IMG/VR virus record: IMGVR_UViG_3300009594_000003
Coordinates: 21,652 to 85,651 of that record
Reading direction: 5' to 3' (one strand)
Origin: a virus
Length of the DNA: 64,000 nt
Each line of letters starts with the position of its first letter. Position 1 is the stretch's first letter. Made by a program: the position numbers and the translations under genes. Below the pieces are notes generated by a model that was not told where the DNA came from, made no database searches, and saw nothing but the letters and a program-made list of their open reading frames with translations. Below are positions 10,069 through 19,480 of the stretch, piece after piece.

Positions 10069-10096
10069 TTGACATCGGCTTCCCGGTGACTATAAT
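10069..10096 (+). promoter_or_regulatory. consensus sigma70-type early promoter
   Basis: TTGACA-N16-TATAAT. Confidence 0.75.
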
Positions 10097-10142
10097 GCTC
10101 GTAGCGGTTTGTGGCAACAGTGTTCTCTGAGGAGACCAAGAA

Positions 10143-11381
10143 ATGGCGAACAGCATTCGTAGGCAAGTGATGCTGAAGCGAAAGTGCAGTCAGAAGACCA
10201 ACGACAAGACCACGAAGAAACAGGTTGAGTACATCGCCAAGCGTTCCACCACCGGCTCTCGTGGCAAAGGCTGGGAGTACAAGGTCAAGAAAGCCGCTGC
10301 CCCAGTGAAGGTCGGCGAGTCGTGGATTTTCACGTATCGCATCGAGTACCAGAAGTCGGGCGGGCGAGGCGAGGCGTGGAAGGGTCAGTGGGCCGAAATC
10401 CTGAAGTACGTCATCGAGGTCGGCAACGGCACCAAGTACGGCAAATTTCCGTGGCGGGTCACGCACCCCGATGAGAAGGAGATCAAGGCAATTCTGGCCG
10501 AGGAAGGCTACCTGGAGGAGTTGGATCATGTCTTCATGCCGGACAACGAGCGTCCGACCGTGCATGACGACAAGTTACTGCCGATGGACGAGGACCACCA
10601 GAAGAAGTACGCCGACATCAGCTTCGACCGCAAGGACCACTTCACGCACATCTACGACCGTGATGCTCAGATCGAGCGGGTCATCTCGGCGATCAAGGCG
10701 GCTCAGGCTTCCTTGATGGAGAACCGCTTCCACTGCGTTCTCTACGGTCCTCCTGGCTGCGGAAAAACCGAAATTCTGCTCGCCGTCTGTACGATGCTCG
10801 GTCGTGAGGGCGAAGCCTACATCAAGCTAGATGCGACTAGCACCACCAAGGCCGGTATCGAGTCGCATCTACTCGACCCCAACACACTCATTCCTCCGGT
10901 TATCATGATCGAGGAAATCGAGAAGACGAACGAGATGGACCTGCGGTGGATGCTGGGCGTTCTAGACAAGCGTGGTGAGATTCGCAAGCTGAACTACCGC
11001 ATCAACGCACGCCGCAACGTGCCGATGCTTTGCCTCGCCACGGTGAACAACATGGAGTTATTCAAGAACGTGCTGGCAGGTGCCCTTGCCAGCCGGTTCC
11101 CAAATAAGCTATACTGTCCTCGCCCTGGTCGGGAGATCATGAAGCGTATCCTCGAACGTGAGGTTGCCAAGTCCAAGGGCAAGACTGAGTGGATCGAACC
11201 CGCTCTCCAGTTTGCCGTGGACGACCTGGGTATCAACGACCCACGAGAGGTCACGCCAATCTGTCTCTGCGGTGGAGACGATCTCCTGAAGAAGACGTAC
11301 CAGCGGTGGTACATTCACACGATGGAGCCGGGCGACCAGGAGAAGGCCAAGGAAAAGGCTCCGCACTGGTTCAAGGACTAG
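10143..11381 (+). CDS. AAA+ ATPase
   Basis: Walker A GPPGCGKT, Walker B IMIEEIEK, sensor ATVN, ALASRF arginine finger. Confidence 0.85.
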   Translation: MANSIRRQVMLKRKCSQKTNDKTTKKQVEYIAKRSTTGSRGKGWEYKVKKAAAPVKVGESWIFTYRIEYQKSGGRGEAWKGQWAEILKYVIEVGNGTKYGKFPWRVTHPDEKEIKAILAEEGYLEELDHVFMPDNERPTVHDDKLLPMDEDHQKKYADISFDRKDHFTHIYDRDAQIERVISAIKAAQASLMENRFHCVLYGPPGCGKTEILLAVCTMLGREGEAYIKLDATSTTKAGIESHLLDPNTLIPPVIMIEEIEKTNEMDLRWMLGVLDKRGEIRKLNYRINARRNVPMLCLATVNNMELFKNVLAGALASRFPNKLYCPRPGREIMKRILEREVAKSKGKTEWIEPALQFAVDDLGINDPREVTPICLCGGDDLLKKTYQRWYIHTMEPGDQEKAKEKAPHWFKD

Positions 11382-11411
11382 CGATCTAGCTGGTCCTAGA
11401 AAGGACTAGCA

Positions 11412-11834
11412 ATGTTCGCACTACTCAAAAATGGGCGTCTTGTGAACCTCACGGCTTGCAGCACAGAGGTCACGAACGCCCTGGCCGATGGAACGGCTGA
11501 CACAGTGAAGAAGGTCGAAACGCTTGACGAAGTGGCGGTACTGGTGAACAACCGGTGCAGCCACTTCGCCGTTGACCAAGACACGTCGGAAGACGCAGAC
11601 GGCGTTCTCTCCGCTCTCGGACAATTCTTCGACAACATGCGAACCTCCATCGAGGATGGAGCCTCAAGTCTATATGAACAGGCCCGGTCTCTGTCCGGCA
11701 AGGACATCCTTACCAGGGCCGAGGCTGCATTCAAACAAGCGAGGGACGCAGGTGCCCAGAAGCTCGATGAGCTTCGGAAAGTCGTACACAAGGCCACCGA
11801 AAAAGTCGTACACAAGGCCACCGAAAAGAAGTAA
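11412..11834 (+). CDS. hypothetical protein
   Basis: AAGGA RBS; C-terminal 8-aa duplication. Confidence 0.65.
   Translation: MFALLKNGRLVNLTACSTEVTNALADGTADTVKKVETLDEVAVLVNNRCSHFAVDQDTSEDADGVLSALGQFFDNMRTSIEDGASSLYEQARSLSGKDILTRAEAAFKQARDAGAQKLDELRKVVHKATEKVVHKATEKK
11778..11825 (+). repeat. perfect 24-bp tandem duplication
   Basis: AAAGTCGTACACAAGGCCACCGAA x2. Confidence 0.9.
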
Positions 11835-11849
11835 CGGGACAGTTGAAAG

Positions 11850-12097
11850 AAAATCGAAGACGCATGGAGCCAGTTCCAGAACCAAAACGGCAGATGTGCT
11901 ATTAGTGGGGTCGAAATCAAGTTGGTCAGAAACTATAGCACTGCTCCTAGAAGGAAGCACCAAACAGCATCACTAGACAGGATTGACAGCACTAAAGGCT
12001 ATGTCAAAGAAATGTGGCCTGGGTGCATAAAGCGGTACAACAAATAAAGTGGAACTTCACGCTCTCAGAACTCGTAGACTGGTGTGGTTTGATTTAG
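11850..12097 (+). pseudogene. HNH homing endonuclease remnant
   Basis: QNGRCAISG...TASLDRIDSTKGYVK, frameshift, NVAWVHK...ELVDWC; paralogous to the HNH at 63341. Confidence 0.75.
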
Positions 12098-12107
12098 AGA
12101 CATCAAA

Positions 12108-13481
12108 ATGAGTAAGCTGGTTGTAGAAGTGTGTCGTGTTGAAAAGATCGAAGATCACCCAAACGCCAATCGTATGAAGTTGGCGACAATCAAGGGTTGG
12201 AAGACCTGTGTACGGCATGACCCAGAAACAGGCTGGACGCAATTCAAACCGGGTGATTTCTGTGTGTATTTTCCGCCCGACGCCATTCTGCCGCCTGCAC
12301 TCGCCAACGACAGACTTGGGATCATGAAGTATCTCAAGGAACTGCCGAAAAACGAGCTAGGTGAACGCACGCCTGGAGGCAGAGTTGCAGCCACGAACTT
12401 GCGGGGATACCCCAGCTACGGTGTCATCATGAAGATTGATCCCAAGTGGGGCGATGACCCGAACTGGCCGGTCGGCACCGATCTAGCTGAACACTTCGGT
12501 GTCACCAAGTACGAACCGCCGTTGGACTGCACCGATGGAGACGCTGAAAAGCAATGCCCTCGCTTCTACGATTACACTTCCATCGAACACTACGGCAACT
12601 TCCCCGCTGCGTTCGATGCCGGTGAAGAAATTATTCTGACCGAAAAGGTCCACGGCAAGAACTGCCGAATGGGTCTGTGTCTGGACACAGATGAGAACTG
12701 CGTTCCGGGCTGGGTCTACATGTGTGGGTCGCACGACGTTCGCCGAAAGGAATGGTCTCCACAGAACCGCCGCTTCCAGGCTGCGGAGTTGATGGAGAGC
12801 ATGATCGTCAGCGAAAAGGCACCGCCACTCGGCACCATCTTCCTATACAACGGAAGCTGGTGGAAAGTAGAAGAATGCTACGAGCGTCCCGTCAAGTCGA
12901 TTCTGCTCGACGCCGAGGGCAAGCGGTACTTTGGGCCTGAAGAGATTCGGGCATACATCAAGACCGCTCGCTGCACGCAGGAAGGTGAGACGATCCTGCG
13001 GAAATCTGAATTCTGGGAGTTTCTAAACGACGGCGTAAAGGGCCTGCTGGAGTACATGCGGGACGAATATCCCTGGGATGGGAACAAGTTCAGCATCATC
13101 CTCTACGGCGAACTATACGGCAGTGGCGTTCAGGATATGACCTACGGTATGAGGACCAAGGGTTTCAGGGCCTTCGACCTTGCCTTGAACAACCTCTATC
13201 TGGATTTCGCCGTCAAGGTAGACCTGTTCAAGCGGTTCGGCATCGAGATGGTGCCGATTCTGTACCAAGGACCGTTTTCCCAGGAAGTGGTCGAAAAGCA
13301 CACCAGCGGCCCGACTACCCTCTGTGAACCATCAGCGATCAAGAGTGGTTTCAAGGGGCGGGAAGGCGTGGTGATCTTGCCGACCAAGGAACGGCTCAGT
13401 CCTGTGATCGGAAAACGCTGCTGCCTGAAATCAGTGTCTACCGATTACCTCGCCCGGTCTGGCGGTACTGATTTCCACTAG
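12108..13481 (+). CDS. ATP-dependent RNA ligase (DRB0094-like)
   Basis: IEDHPNAN N-terminal domain, motif I TEKVHG, YGELYG, FRAFD, REGVV, LKSVS..YL. Confidence 0.85.
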   Translation: MSKLVVEVCRVEKIEDHPNANRMKLATIKGWKTCVRHDPETGWTQFKPGDFCVYFPPDAILPPALANDRLGIMKYLKELPKNELGERTPGGRVAATNLRGYPSYGVIMKIDPKWGDDPNWPVGTDLAEHFGVTKYEPPLDCTDGDAEKQCPRFYDYTSIEHYGNFPAAFDAGEEIILTEKVHGKNCRMGLCLDTDENCVPGWVYMCGSHDVRRKEWSPQNRRFQAAELMESMIVSEKAPPLGTIFLYNGSWWKVEECYERPVKSILLDAEGKRYFGPEEIRAYIKTARCTQEGETILRKSEFWEFLNDGVKGLLEYMRDEYPWDGNKFSIILYGELYGSGVQDMTYGMRTKGFRAFDLALNNLYLDFAVKVDLFKRFGIEMVPILYQGPFSQEVVEKHTSGPTTLCEPSAIKSGFKGREGVVILPTKERLSPVIGKRCCLKSVSTDYLARSGGTDFH

Positions 13482-13497
13482 GATTTTCCCTGGTTTC

Positions 13498-13528
13498 GAG
13501 CGGGCCTGCCTCACGGCAGGCCCGCTCT
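13498..13528 (+). terminator. hairpin/terminator
   Basis: GAGCGGGCCTGCC-TCAC-GGCAGGCCCGCTC. Confidence 0.65.
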
Positions 13529-13547
13529 CTTGACACCTGAATTCAGG

Positions 13548-14210
13548 ATGTCTAGAATTGCGACGGAGGTTGGGCGAGGCGTTTATGCCGGGTCTTTCGA
13601 CCCTCCGACTCTGGGACACATATACGTCATCGACCAGACCGCACGGCTCTTTGACGAGTTGATCGTTGCCGTTGGCGACAACCCTGAAAAAAAGTTTTCT
13701 GAACGCAGCAGGATAGATATGCTGAAAGAGAGCATCCTGCTTTTGCAGCAACGTCTTCAAGGCGACCATCCCATCGAGAACATCCGAGTCGATCATTTCC
13801 GTAATCGGTTTCTCATTGACTACGCCAAAGAACAAAACGCAAAGTATATCATTCGAGGAATCCGCAACTCCCAGGATTTCGAGTTTGAGAAAGCAATGCG
13901 GTATCTCAATGCCGACCTCACGCCAGGGATAACAACCCTGTTCATTGTCCCTCCACGAGAGTTGGCTGAAATCAGTTCCAGTGTTGTGAAGGGGGTGTGT
14001 GGACCGGAGGGCTGGCAGCGTGTTGTCCAGTCTATGGTCCCACCCCCGGTCTGCTCAGCAAGTGCACCGTCAAAGACGTGGATGAGGAAGGCTAGCTCAC
14101 TTGTGAGCCGAAGCCCGATAACGAAGTTCTCGCCGTTCAGATCGGCGAGGACCACGCCGGGCCGGACGGTTTCACCCTCATCGGTCAGTGGGGTGATGAA
14201 CGAATCGTAG
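13548..14210 (+). CDS. coaD: pantetheine-phosphate adenylyltransferase, probably damaged at both ends
   Basis: YAGSFDPPTLGH, IIRGIR..DFEFE, ISSSVVK; homology appears to end at VPPPV (~14050). Confidence 0.8.
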   Translation: MSRIATEVGRGVYAGSFDPPTLGHIYVIDQTARLFDELIVAVGDNPEKKFSERSRIDMLKESILLLQQRLQGDHPIENIRVDHFRNRFLIDYAKEQNAKYIIRGIRNSQDFEFEKAMRYLNADLTPGITTLFIVPPRELAEISSSVVKGVCGPEGWQRVVQSMVPPPVCSASAPSKTWMRKASSLVSRSPITKFSPFRSARTTPGRTVSPSSVSGVMNES

Positions 14211-14296
14211 ATGGAAAGCAGTGCTTCCTGCAATACGGTATTGCGGGGACTACGTACTGCAAAGCGTTACTAACCCCAACGACCGATGGATCGTGA
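14051..14296 (+). pseudogene. 3' remnant of an unknown gene fused to coaD
   Basis: alternative frame LLSKCTVKDVDEEG*LTCEPKPDNEVLAVQIG...TTDGS* reads as protein with one TAG at 14093. Confidence 0.4.
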
Positions 14297-14381
14297 AGCG
14301 TGGCCTCTACTTCTCCGACTATCTTCTTGGCAGAAACACTCAGAAAATCTGCTGCCTAGAAATACAACCTCCGCTACTCTA

Positions 14382-14416
14382 ATAAATGACGGCGTGGTTT
14401 CCACGCCGTCATTTAT
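14382..14416. terminator. hairpin
   Basis: ATAAATGACGGCGTGG-TTT-CCACGCCGTCATTTAT. Confidence 0.65.
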
Positions 14417-14431
14417 GTTTTTGGAGGTTGA

Positions 14432-15169
14432 ATGAAAGGTATTATTCTTGCAGGAGGTCTCGGCACACGCCTGCACCCTTTGACAAGGGTTACGAACAAG
14501 TGTTTGTTGCCGATCTACAACAAGCCCATGATATACTACCCGATTCAGAATCTAATCGATTCGGGTATCAACGACATTCTGCTCGTGTGTGGCGGTAATG
14601 CTGCCGGTGAATTCCTGAGAATCCTTGGGAATGGCGAAGAATTCGGCATCAAGCATCTACACTACACATATCAGAAGGAAGCGAGCGGCATTGCCCACGC
14701 TCTGGGATTGGCGAGAGAATTCTGTAACGGTCAGCCAATGACCGTAATGCTAGCAGACAACATTCTAGAGAACCCCGTTCGGGAACAAGTGCAGGAATTT
14801 TCGGCCAACCCTGTCGGAGCGAAAATCTTCCTCACCAAAGTTGCAAACCCATCTGCCTACGGCGTAGTTGAAGCTGATACCGAGGGGAATATCCTCAGTA
14901 TAGAAGAAAAACCGAAGTATCCAAAGTCGGACGAGATTGCAATTGGACTCTACATGTACGATAATACCGTCTGGGAGTTCATTGACCAGCTAAAGCCATC
15001 TGCTCGTGGCGAGCTAGAGATCACCGACTTGAACAACCACTTCCTCCGAAATGGCAGACTCAAGGCACATCGAATCAACGGATGGTGGGCTGATTGCGGA
15101 GAGAACTTCGACATGTATTTAGACGCTTCTAACAAAGCGAGGGAATTATGGCATAAGAAGCGACGGTAA
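14432..15169 (+). CDS. glucose-1-phosphate thymidylyltransferase-like (RmlA/SpsI family)
   Basis: GIILAGGLGTRLHPLT, KPMIYYP, EEKP, SARGELEITD. Confidence 0.9.
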   Translation: MKGIILAGGLGTRLHPLTRVTNKCLLPIYNKPMIYYPIQNLIDSGINDILLVCGGNAAGEFLRILGNGEEFGIKHLHYTYQKEASGIAHALGLAREFCNGQPMTVMLADNILENPVREQVQEFSANPVGAKIFLTKVANPSAYGVVEADTEGNILSIEEKPKYPKSDEIAIGLYMYDNTVWEFIDQLKPSARGELEITDLNNHFLRNGRLKAHRINGWWADCGENFDMYLDASNKARELWHKKRR

Positions 15170-15257
15170 AACCCAAAAAGGACTGGTAGGATTTAATGTT
15201 TCTAGGCATAATAGGCGTGCAAGTAGTTGTACTAGCCTATTTGCTATGGGTGTGATA

Positions 15258-15364
15258 TGTTGAAATCCGAAGCCTTGCAGATGTTGAATGAAAAAGTGTG
15301 TTCTTGTACGAAGTGCAATGAGCTAGCTCGTACAAGAACAAACCGTTTTTAGGGAAGGCAACCC
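15258..15364 (+). pseudogene. family-4 uracil-DNA glycosylase, 5' half
   Basis: LNEKVCSCTKCNELARTRT, frameshift, TVFREGNP. Confidence 0.7.
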
Positions 15365-16729
15365 TCGCTTCTCTAATTAACCGTCCTTCTTGGACGGTTT
15401 CTTCTTTTCTGGCTATACAACTCCCGCATTAGGCACTTCAAGCCATACCTCTCCCTCTCCGCACATCTTTTTCTCGGTCAAATAATGTAAGCAGTGTCGT
15501 TTACTAGAAGAAGGAAAACCGGAGAATATGACAACATGCGTTAAAATAATCAGGAAATCCAATGTTTCCGACCCGCTAGAACTGGTTAATCAAAACATGG
15601 TGATAGAAGATGGGTTGGAACATGGTAGGAGAAATAACCTTGAACGGCGTGCCTCGCTGGGATATGCTCGATGAGGCAAATAACCTGATTTCCAAATTAA
15701 AAACTACCAAGCCAAAATATGTTATTTACCGTGACCATGATAGAATAGGCTTCAAGAATCCCGCCGAAATCGGTTTCTTCATTACCTCCCTGAAACAACT
15801 GGATATGAAGATTATCACCGCCAACGACGAGCAGGTGGTCGATATGACCAACCTCGCTTCGACCATGCGGACGGTGCAAAACCAGTTAGCTTCATCAGCC
15901 GAGATTGAGAAGAAGGGATATAGGACACAAATTGCTCGCCGGAAGACTATCGAGAAGAAGTCTAGTCCTGGCAAGATGTGTGTCTATGACTATGACTGGA
16001 TAGTATATAACCGTGAAGGCACTTTCAAATATAAGGTCATCTACGAAGGTTACAAAAAATGCGAAGGACGGCACTGGACTGACCCACCGAAGAATACCAG
16101 AAGTCATGCCAATGCGGTGGAAAGAATATCCAGACGGCAAACGAGAAGCATATCACGACCAGTGGGTTCAAAATAGTCACAACTGGATATTGCTCACGTC
16201 CGTTCCCATGATGGAAAAGGGCGACCGGAAGACTGAGATTGTTAATGTTGAGCGTGCCAAAGTTGTGAAAGATATATTTGACTTGGCTGACACTCCTAGT
16301 TACAAAACTCCTCACGAAATTGCCTGCATCTTCAACAATAAGGGCATCAAGAGCATGAGTAGGAAGTGGGATGCCAAGACAATAAAGTGCATCTTGTCAA
16401 ACCCCATATACAAAGGGTATCCAGTCGATAATCAAACTTCAAAAGCAAAGACCGCTCGGTTGAATACTAATATAGTTACCGTGCCACCGACCAAGGAAGA
16501 ACGAGCAGCAATACGCATTGTAGATATTGCACAATGGGACCGAGTGAATAAATATCTGCGAGATAATCAGACAGGATATAAACATTTTCGCCGTGCTAAT
16601 CTCGGTGACTTTTGGGCAAAGTGCTTTTTGTTCTGCGGTAACTGCCAAGATATTTTTTACGTCGCCAATAGCACTAAATGGAAACCTTCCAAGAACTATC
16701 GCTGCGAGAAGTGTGGTGCCATAAAATCC
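15365..16729 (+). mobile_element. recombinase-only integrative element inserted in UDG
   Basis: bounded by CC dinucleotides; removing it restores [16 protein letters not shown] in frame. Confidence 0.7.
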
Positions 16730-16738
16730 CAATGCTAA
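15528..16738 (+). pseudogene. large serine recombinase, frameshifted twice
   Basis: IIRKS catalytic motif, DHDRIG, WDAKTIKCILSNPIYKG recombinase domain, LFCGNC...YRC Zn ribbon across three segments. Confidence 0.75.
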
Positions 16739-16835
16739 CGTCCTTTTTCTAGGTGAGGCTCCCGGTCAAAATGAAGACGGAACCGGAAGGCCCTTCGTCG
16801 GTAGGGCAGGTAGTTACTAGACGACATCATTTAAT
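16730..16835 (+). pseudogene. family-4 UDG, continuation (truncated)
   Basis: [27 protein letters not shown], frameshift, LLDDII. Confidence 0.8.
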
Positions 16836-16859
16836 CATCTGCTGGGGCGACCGAATCGA

Positions 16860-17600
16860 GGATGTAACCATACGCTGAAAACTCGTAGTGGATTGACCCG
16901 TACTGGCCTTGTGGCAAGGCTCTTATCAAGTCGGAGAATTATGTCCTCGTTCCTGATTACTTTTCTCCCGATGTTCGCTGACCCATTACAATCAGCATTG
17001 ATTACACGACCGTCACTGGAACGATAACGCCCACGACCCATGCGAGTACCAAAAAAACTCATGCTTCACACCAGCAACGTACTCTGGGAGCGGATTACGG
17101 TCAAAGAAACTGGCTTTGCTGGTGTAGAACTCCTCCGTGAAAATAACCTCAAGTTGCACGATAAACTTGGAAACATGGTGGAAGTAGTTTTCCAGTCGGA
17201 AGTACCATTTCTTACTTTCACGCTTGGTCTTGTGCCTGTTGAAATGCTTGTTGATGCTCTTGCAAATGCGACCGTATGGGAGAAGTCTGATCGGAAGTTA
17301 TCATAGCAAGGTTATTCAACCCAATGTCAATACAGTTGTTCGGGACAGCTTGTTCGTATTGTACGTCCACGATGAAGCCAAATCGCTTGGGTGTAATGAC
17401 CACTTATTTGTAGGCTCTGGTACTTTGGATACTGAAGCAGTCGTTGGTCGGCGTTATGGTGTTCGGTTTTTGCTTAACCTTGTTCTGTCCTCCTTTGATG
17501 GTTTCATTATAGAAGATGACCTGAGCCAGTTTGTCCTTGTAGTAGGGTGGCATGGGCATCTTGACGAACTTACTCTTGTCCTTTGACCACTTAAAGAAAG
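16860..17600 (-). mobile_element. tnpB: degraded IS200/IS605-family TnpB
   Basis: fragments IDIGLNNLA (RuvC-I) and INADCNGSANIGRK (RuvC-III) in broken frames. Confidence 0.75.
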
Positions 17601-17613
17601 TGGCAGAGCGAGC

Positions 17614-17641
17614 TTTACAACAGGTCGAGCGTGACTACAAT
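17614..17641 (+). promoter_or_regulatory. early-type promoter of the NAD cluster
   Basis: TTTACA-N16-TACAAT; AGGAG RBS downstream. Confidence 0.65.
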
Positions 17642-17685
17642 ACGGGTGTGGTCAGGACAACTCAACAAATAGGAGAGAATGAACC

Positions 17686-18561
17686 ATGCGAAAGGTCCAT
17701 CTGGTCATCATCGACCCGCAGAATAGTTTTTGCAAAGTCGTTCCCCAAACCGACCAGCAGAAACTCCACGACGGCGAACTGTGCGTCACCGGGGCCTGGG
17801 AGGATATGGAACGGGTCGGCGACATGATCCGACGCCTGGGCAAGAAGCTGACGCAGATTCACATCACCCTCGATTCCCACCACCAGTGGCACATCGCTCA
17901 CCCCTGCTGGTTCAAAGACAGCAAGGGTCAGCCTCCGGCCCCCTTCACCACCATGCGAGTAGAAAACGGGGTGATCATCGGTGCCCAATTCGATGCCAAG
18001 GGCGGTCTCCATGACGTGGGCGAGTATACGCCGACTCTCTTCGGCGAAACCTACAAGTGGACCTACAAGTATCTCACCGAACTGGCTTTGGGCGGTCGCT
18101 ACCCGCACGTCATCTGGCCGTATCACTGTTTAATCGGCACGCCCGGTCACAACATCGTCGCCCCGCTGGAAGACGCCATCCTCGAATGGGAGCGTGTCGC
18201 TCGGCAGACCTGCGACAAGATCACCAAGGGGTCATGTCGTTTCGTGGAACACTTCTCGGCAGTTCGTGCCGAAGTAACCTACGACCAAGACCCCAACACC
18301 CAACTCAACACCGACTTCGTACAAATGCTCGGCCACGAGGCCGACGAGGTTCTGATCTCCGGTGAGGCCCTATCTCACTGTGTCGCCAACACTTTCCGAG
18401 ACGTTGCCAACGAACTCGGCGACGACTTCGTGAAGAAGTGTGTGCTGCTCGAAGACGCCTCCAGCAACGTCGGCAACTTCGAGAGCTACGGCAAGAAATT
18501 CGTCACCGAGATGAAGGCTCGTGGAATGCGAGTCTCTACCACCAAGAAATACCTCAAGTAA
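17686..18561 (+). CDS. pncA: nicotinamidase (isochorismatase-family cysteine hydrolase)
   Basis: IIDPQNSF, DSH..H, WPYHC, KG, GEALSHCV; next to pncB. Confidence 0.75.
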   Translation: MRKVHLVIIDPQNSFCKVVPQTDQQKLHDGELCVTGAWEDMERVGDMIRRLGKKLTQIHITLDSHHQWHIAHPCWFKDSKGQPPAPFTTMRVENGVIIGAQFDAKGGLHDVGEYTPTLFGETYKWTYKYLTELALGGRYPHVIWPYHCLIGTPGHNIVAPLEDAILEWERVARQTCDKITKGSCRFVEHFSAVRAEVTYDQDPNTQLNTDFVQMLGHEADEVLISGEALSHCVANTFRDVANELGDDFVKKCVLLEDASSNVGNFESYGKKFVTEMKARGMRVSTTKKYLK

Positions 18562-18615
18562 CCGGACTGACTATTCGCCCCATAGTCTTTCCCATATACC
18601 AGAAAGGAACTAGTC

Positions 18616-19347
18616 ATGTCTGATGAACAGGCCCTTGAACAGCACAAGATCGGGCACTTCGGTTTCAGTGCCGTCCACATTGGCAATCTCGGTGCGGCGG
18701 AATACACGCTCGTCACCATCGTCTGCGATCGCAGCGGCAGTACCAACGGCTTCCAAGCCGATATGGAAGCTGCTCTGAAGGAAGTCATCAAGGCGTGTCA
18801 GTTCTCGCCACGAGCCAACAACCTTCTGATCCGTGTCCTAACGTTCGAGGACTCGCACAGCGAATTCCACGGCTTCAAGCTGCTGGAGCAGATCAACCTC
18901 GATGACTACAACGGGGCATTGGCACCGGACGGCTACACCGCCTGTTACGACGCCATGCTCGACGGCATCGAGGCAACCGACAACTTCGGCCAGCAGTTGG
19001 ATGCCCAGGATTTCAACGTCAACGCTATCCTGTTCTTCATTACAGATGGCGATGACAACCGTTCCACGAACGGTACGACACAAATCAAGCAGGCACTCAG
19101 TAAGGCGGTGAAATCCGAGGCCCTGGAGAGCATCGTCACCATCCTGATCGGCGTGAACGTCATCGATCCGCACTTCAAGGAGCGGCTGGAGCAGGCTCAC
19201 CAGCAGTGTGGTTTCACACAATTTATCGCTTTGGGCGATGCGAACAAGAAGACACTGGCAAAACTCGCTCAGTTCGTCAGCCAGTCGATCTCCTCGCAGT
19301 CTCAGGCGTTGGGAACAGGCGGTCCTTCCAAGAGCATCAACTTCTGA
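18616..19347 (+). CDS. vWA-domain protein (TerY-like)
   Basis: MIDAS DRSGS, TACYDA, FITDGDD. Confidence 0.8.
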   Translation: MSDEQALEQHKIGHFGFSAVHIGNLGAAEYTLVTIVCDRSGSTNGFQADMEAALKEVIKACQFSPRANNLLIRVLTFEDSHSEFHGFKLLEQINLDDYNGALAPDGYTACYDAMLDGIEATDNFGQQLDAQDFNVNAILFFITDGDDNRSTNGTTQIKQALSKAVKSEALESIVTILIGVNVIDPHFKERLEQAHQQCGFTQFIALGDANKKTLAKLAQFVSQSISSQSQALGTGGPSKSINF

Positions 19348-19390
19348 ACTCTGTCCGTTTCGGAGTTGATTCTGACCACGCTGTTCGGAG

Positions 19391-19429
19391 CAAGACGCCC
19401 GGCCCGACATGTCGGGCCGGGCGTTCTTG
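19391..19429 (+). terminator. hairpin/terminator
   Basis: ACGCCCGGCCCGAC-AT-GTCGGGCCGGGCGT-TCTT. Confidence 0.65.
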
Positions 19430-19431
19430 TA

Positions 19432-19459
19432 TTTACAGGCCAAAAACCAACACTACAAT
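19432..19459 (+). promoter_or_regulatory. early-type promoter for pncB onward
   Basis: TTTACA-N16-TACAAT. Confidence 0.65.
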
Positions 19460-19480
19460 GGTCGTGAAAGAAGGACCGCA

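Noticed and set aside
12740-13010. Intein in the RNA ligase
   Set aside because: No C/S start or HN-(C/S/T) end motifs.
13820-14233. Inverted gene fragment after coaD
   Set aside because: The plus-strand alternative frame reads more protein-like; a deletion-fusion is the simpler explanation.
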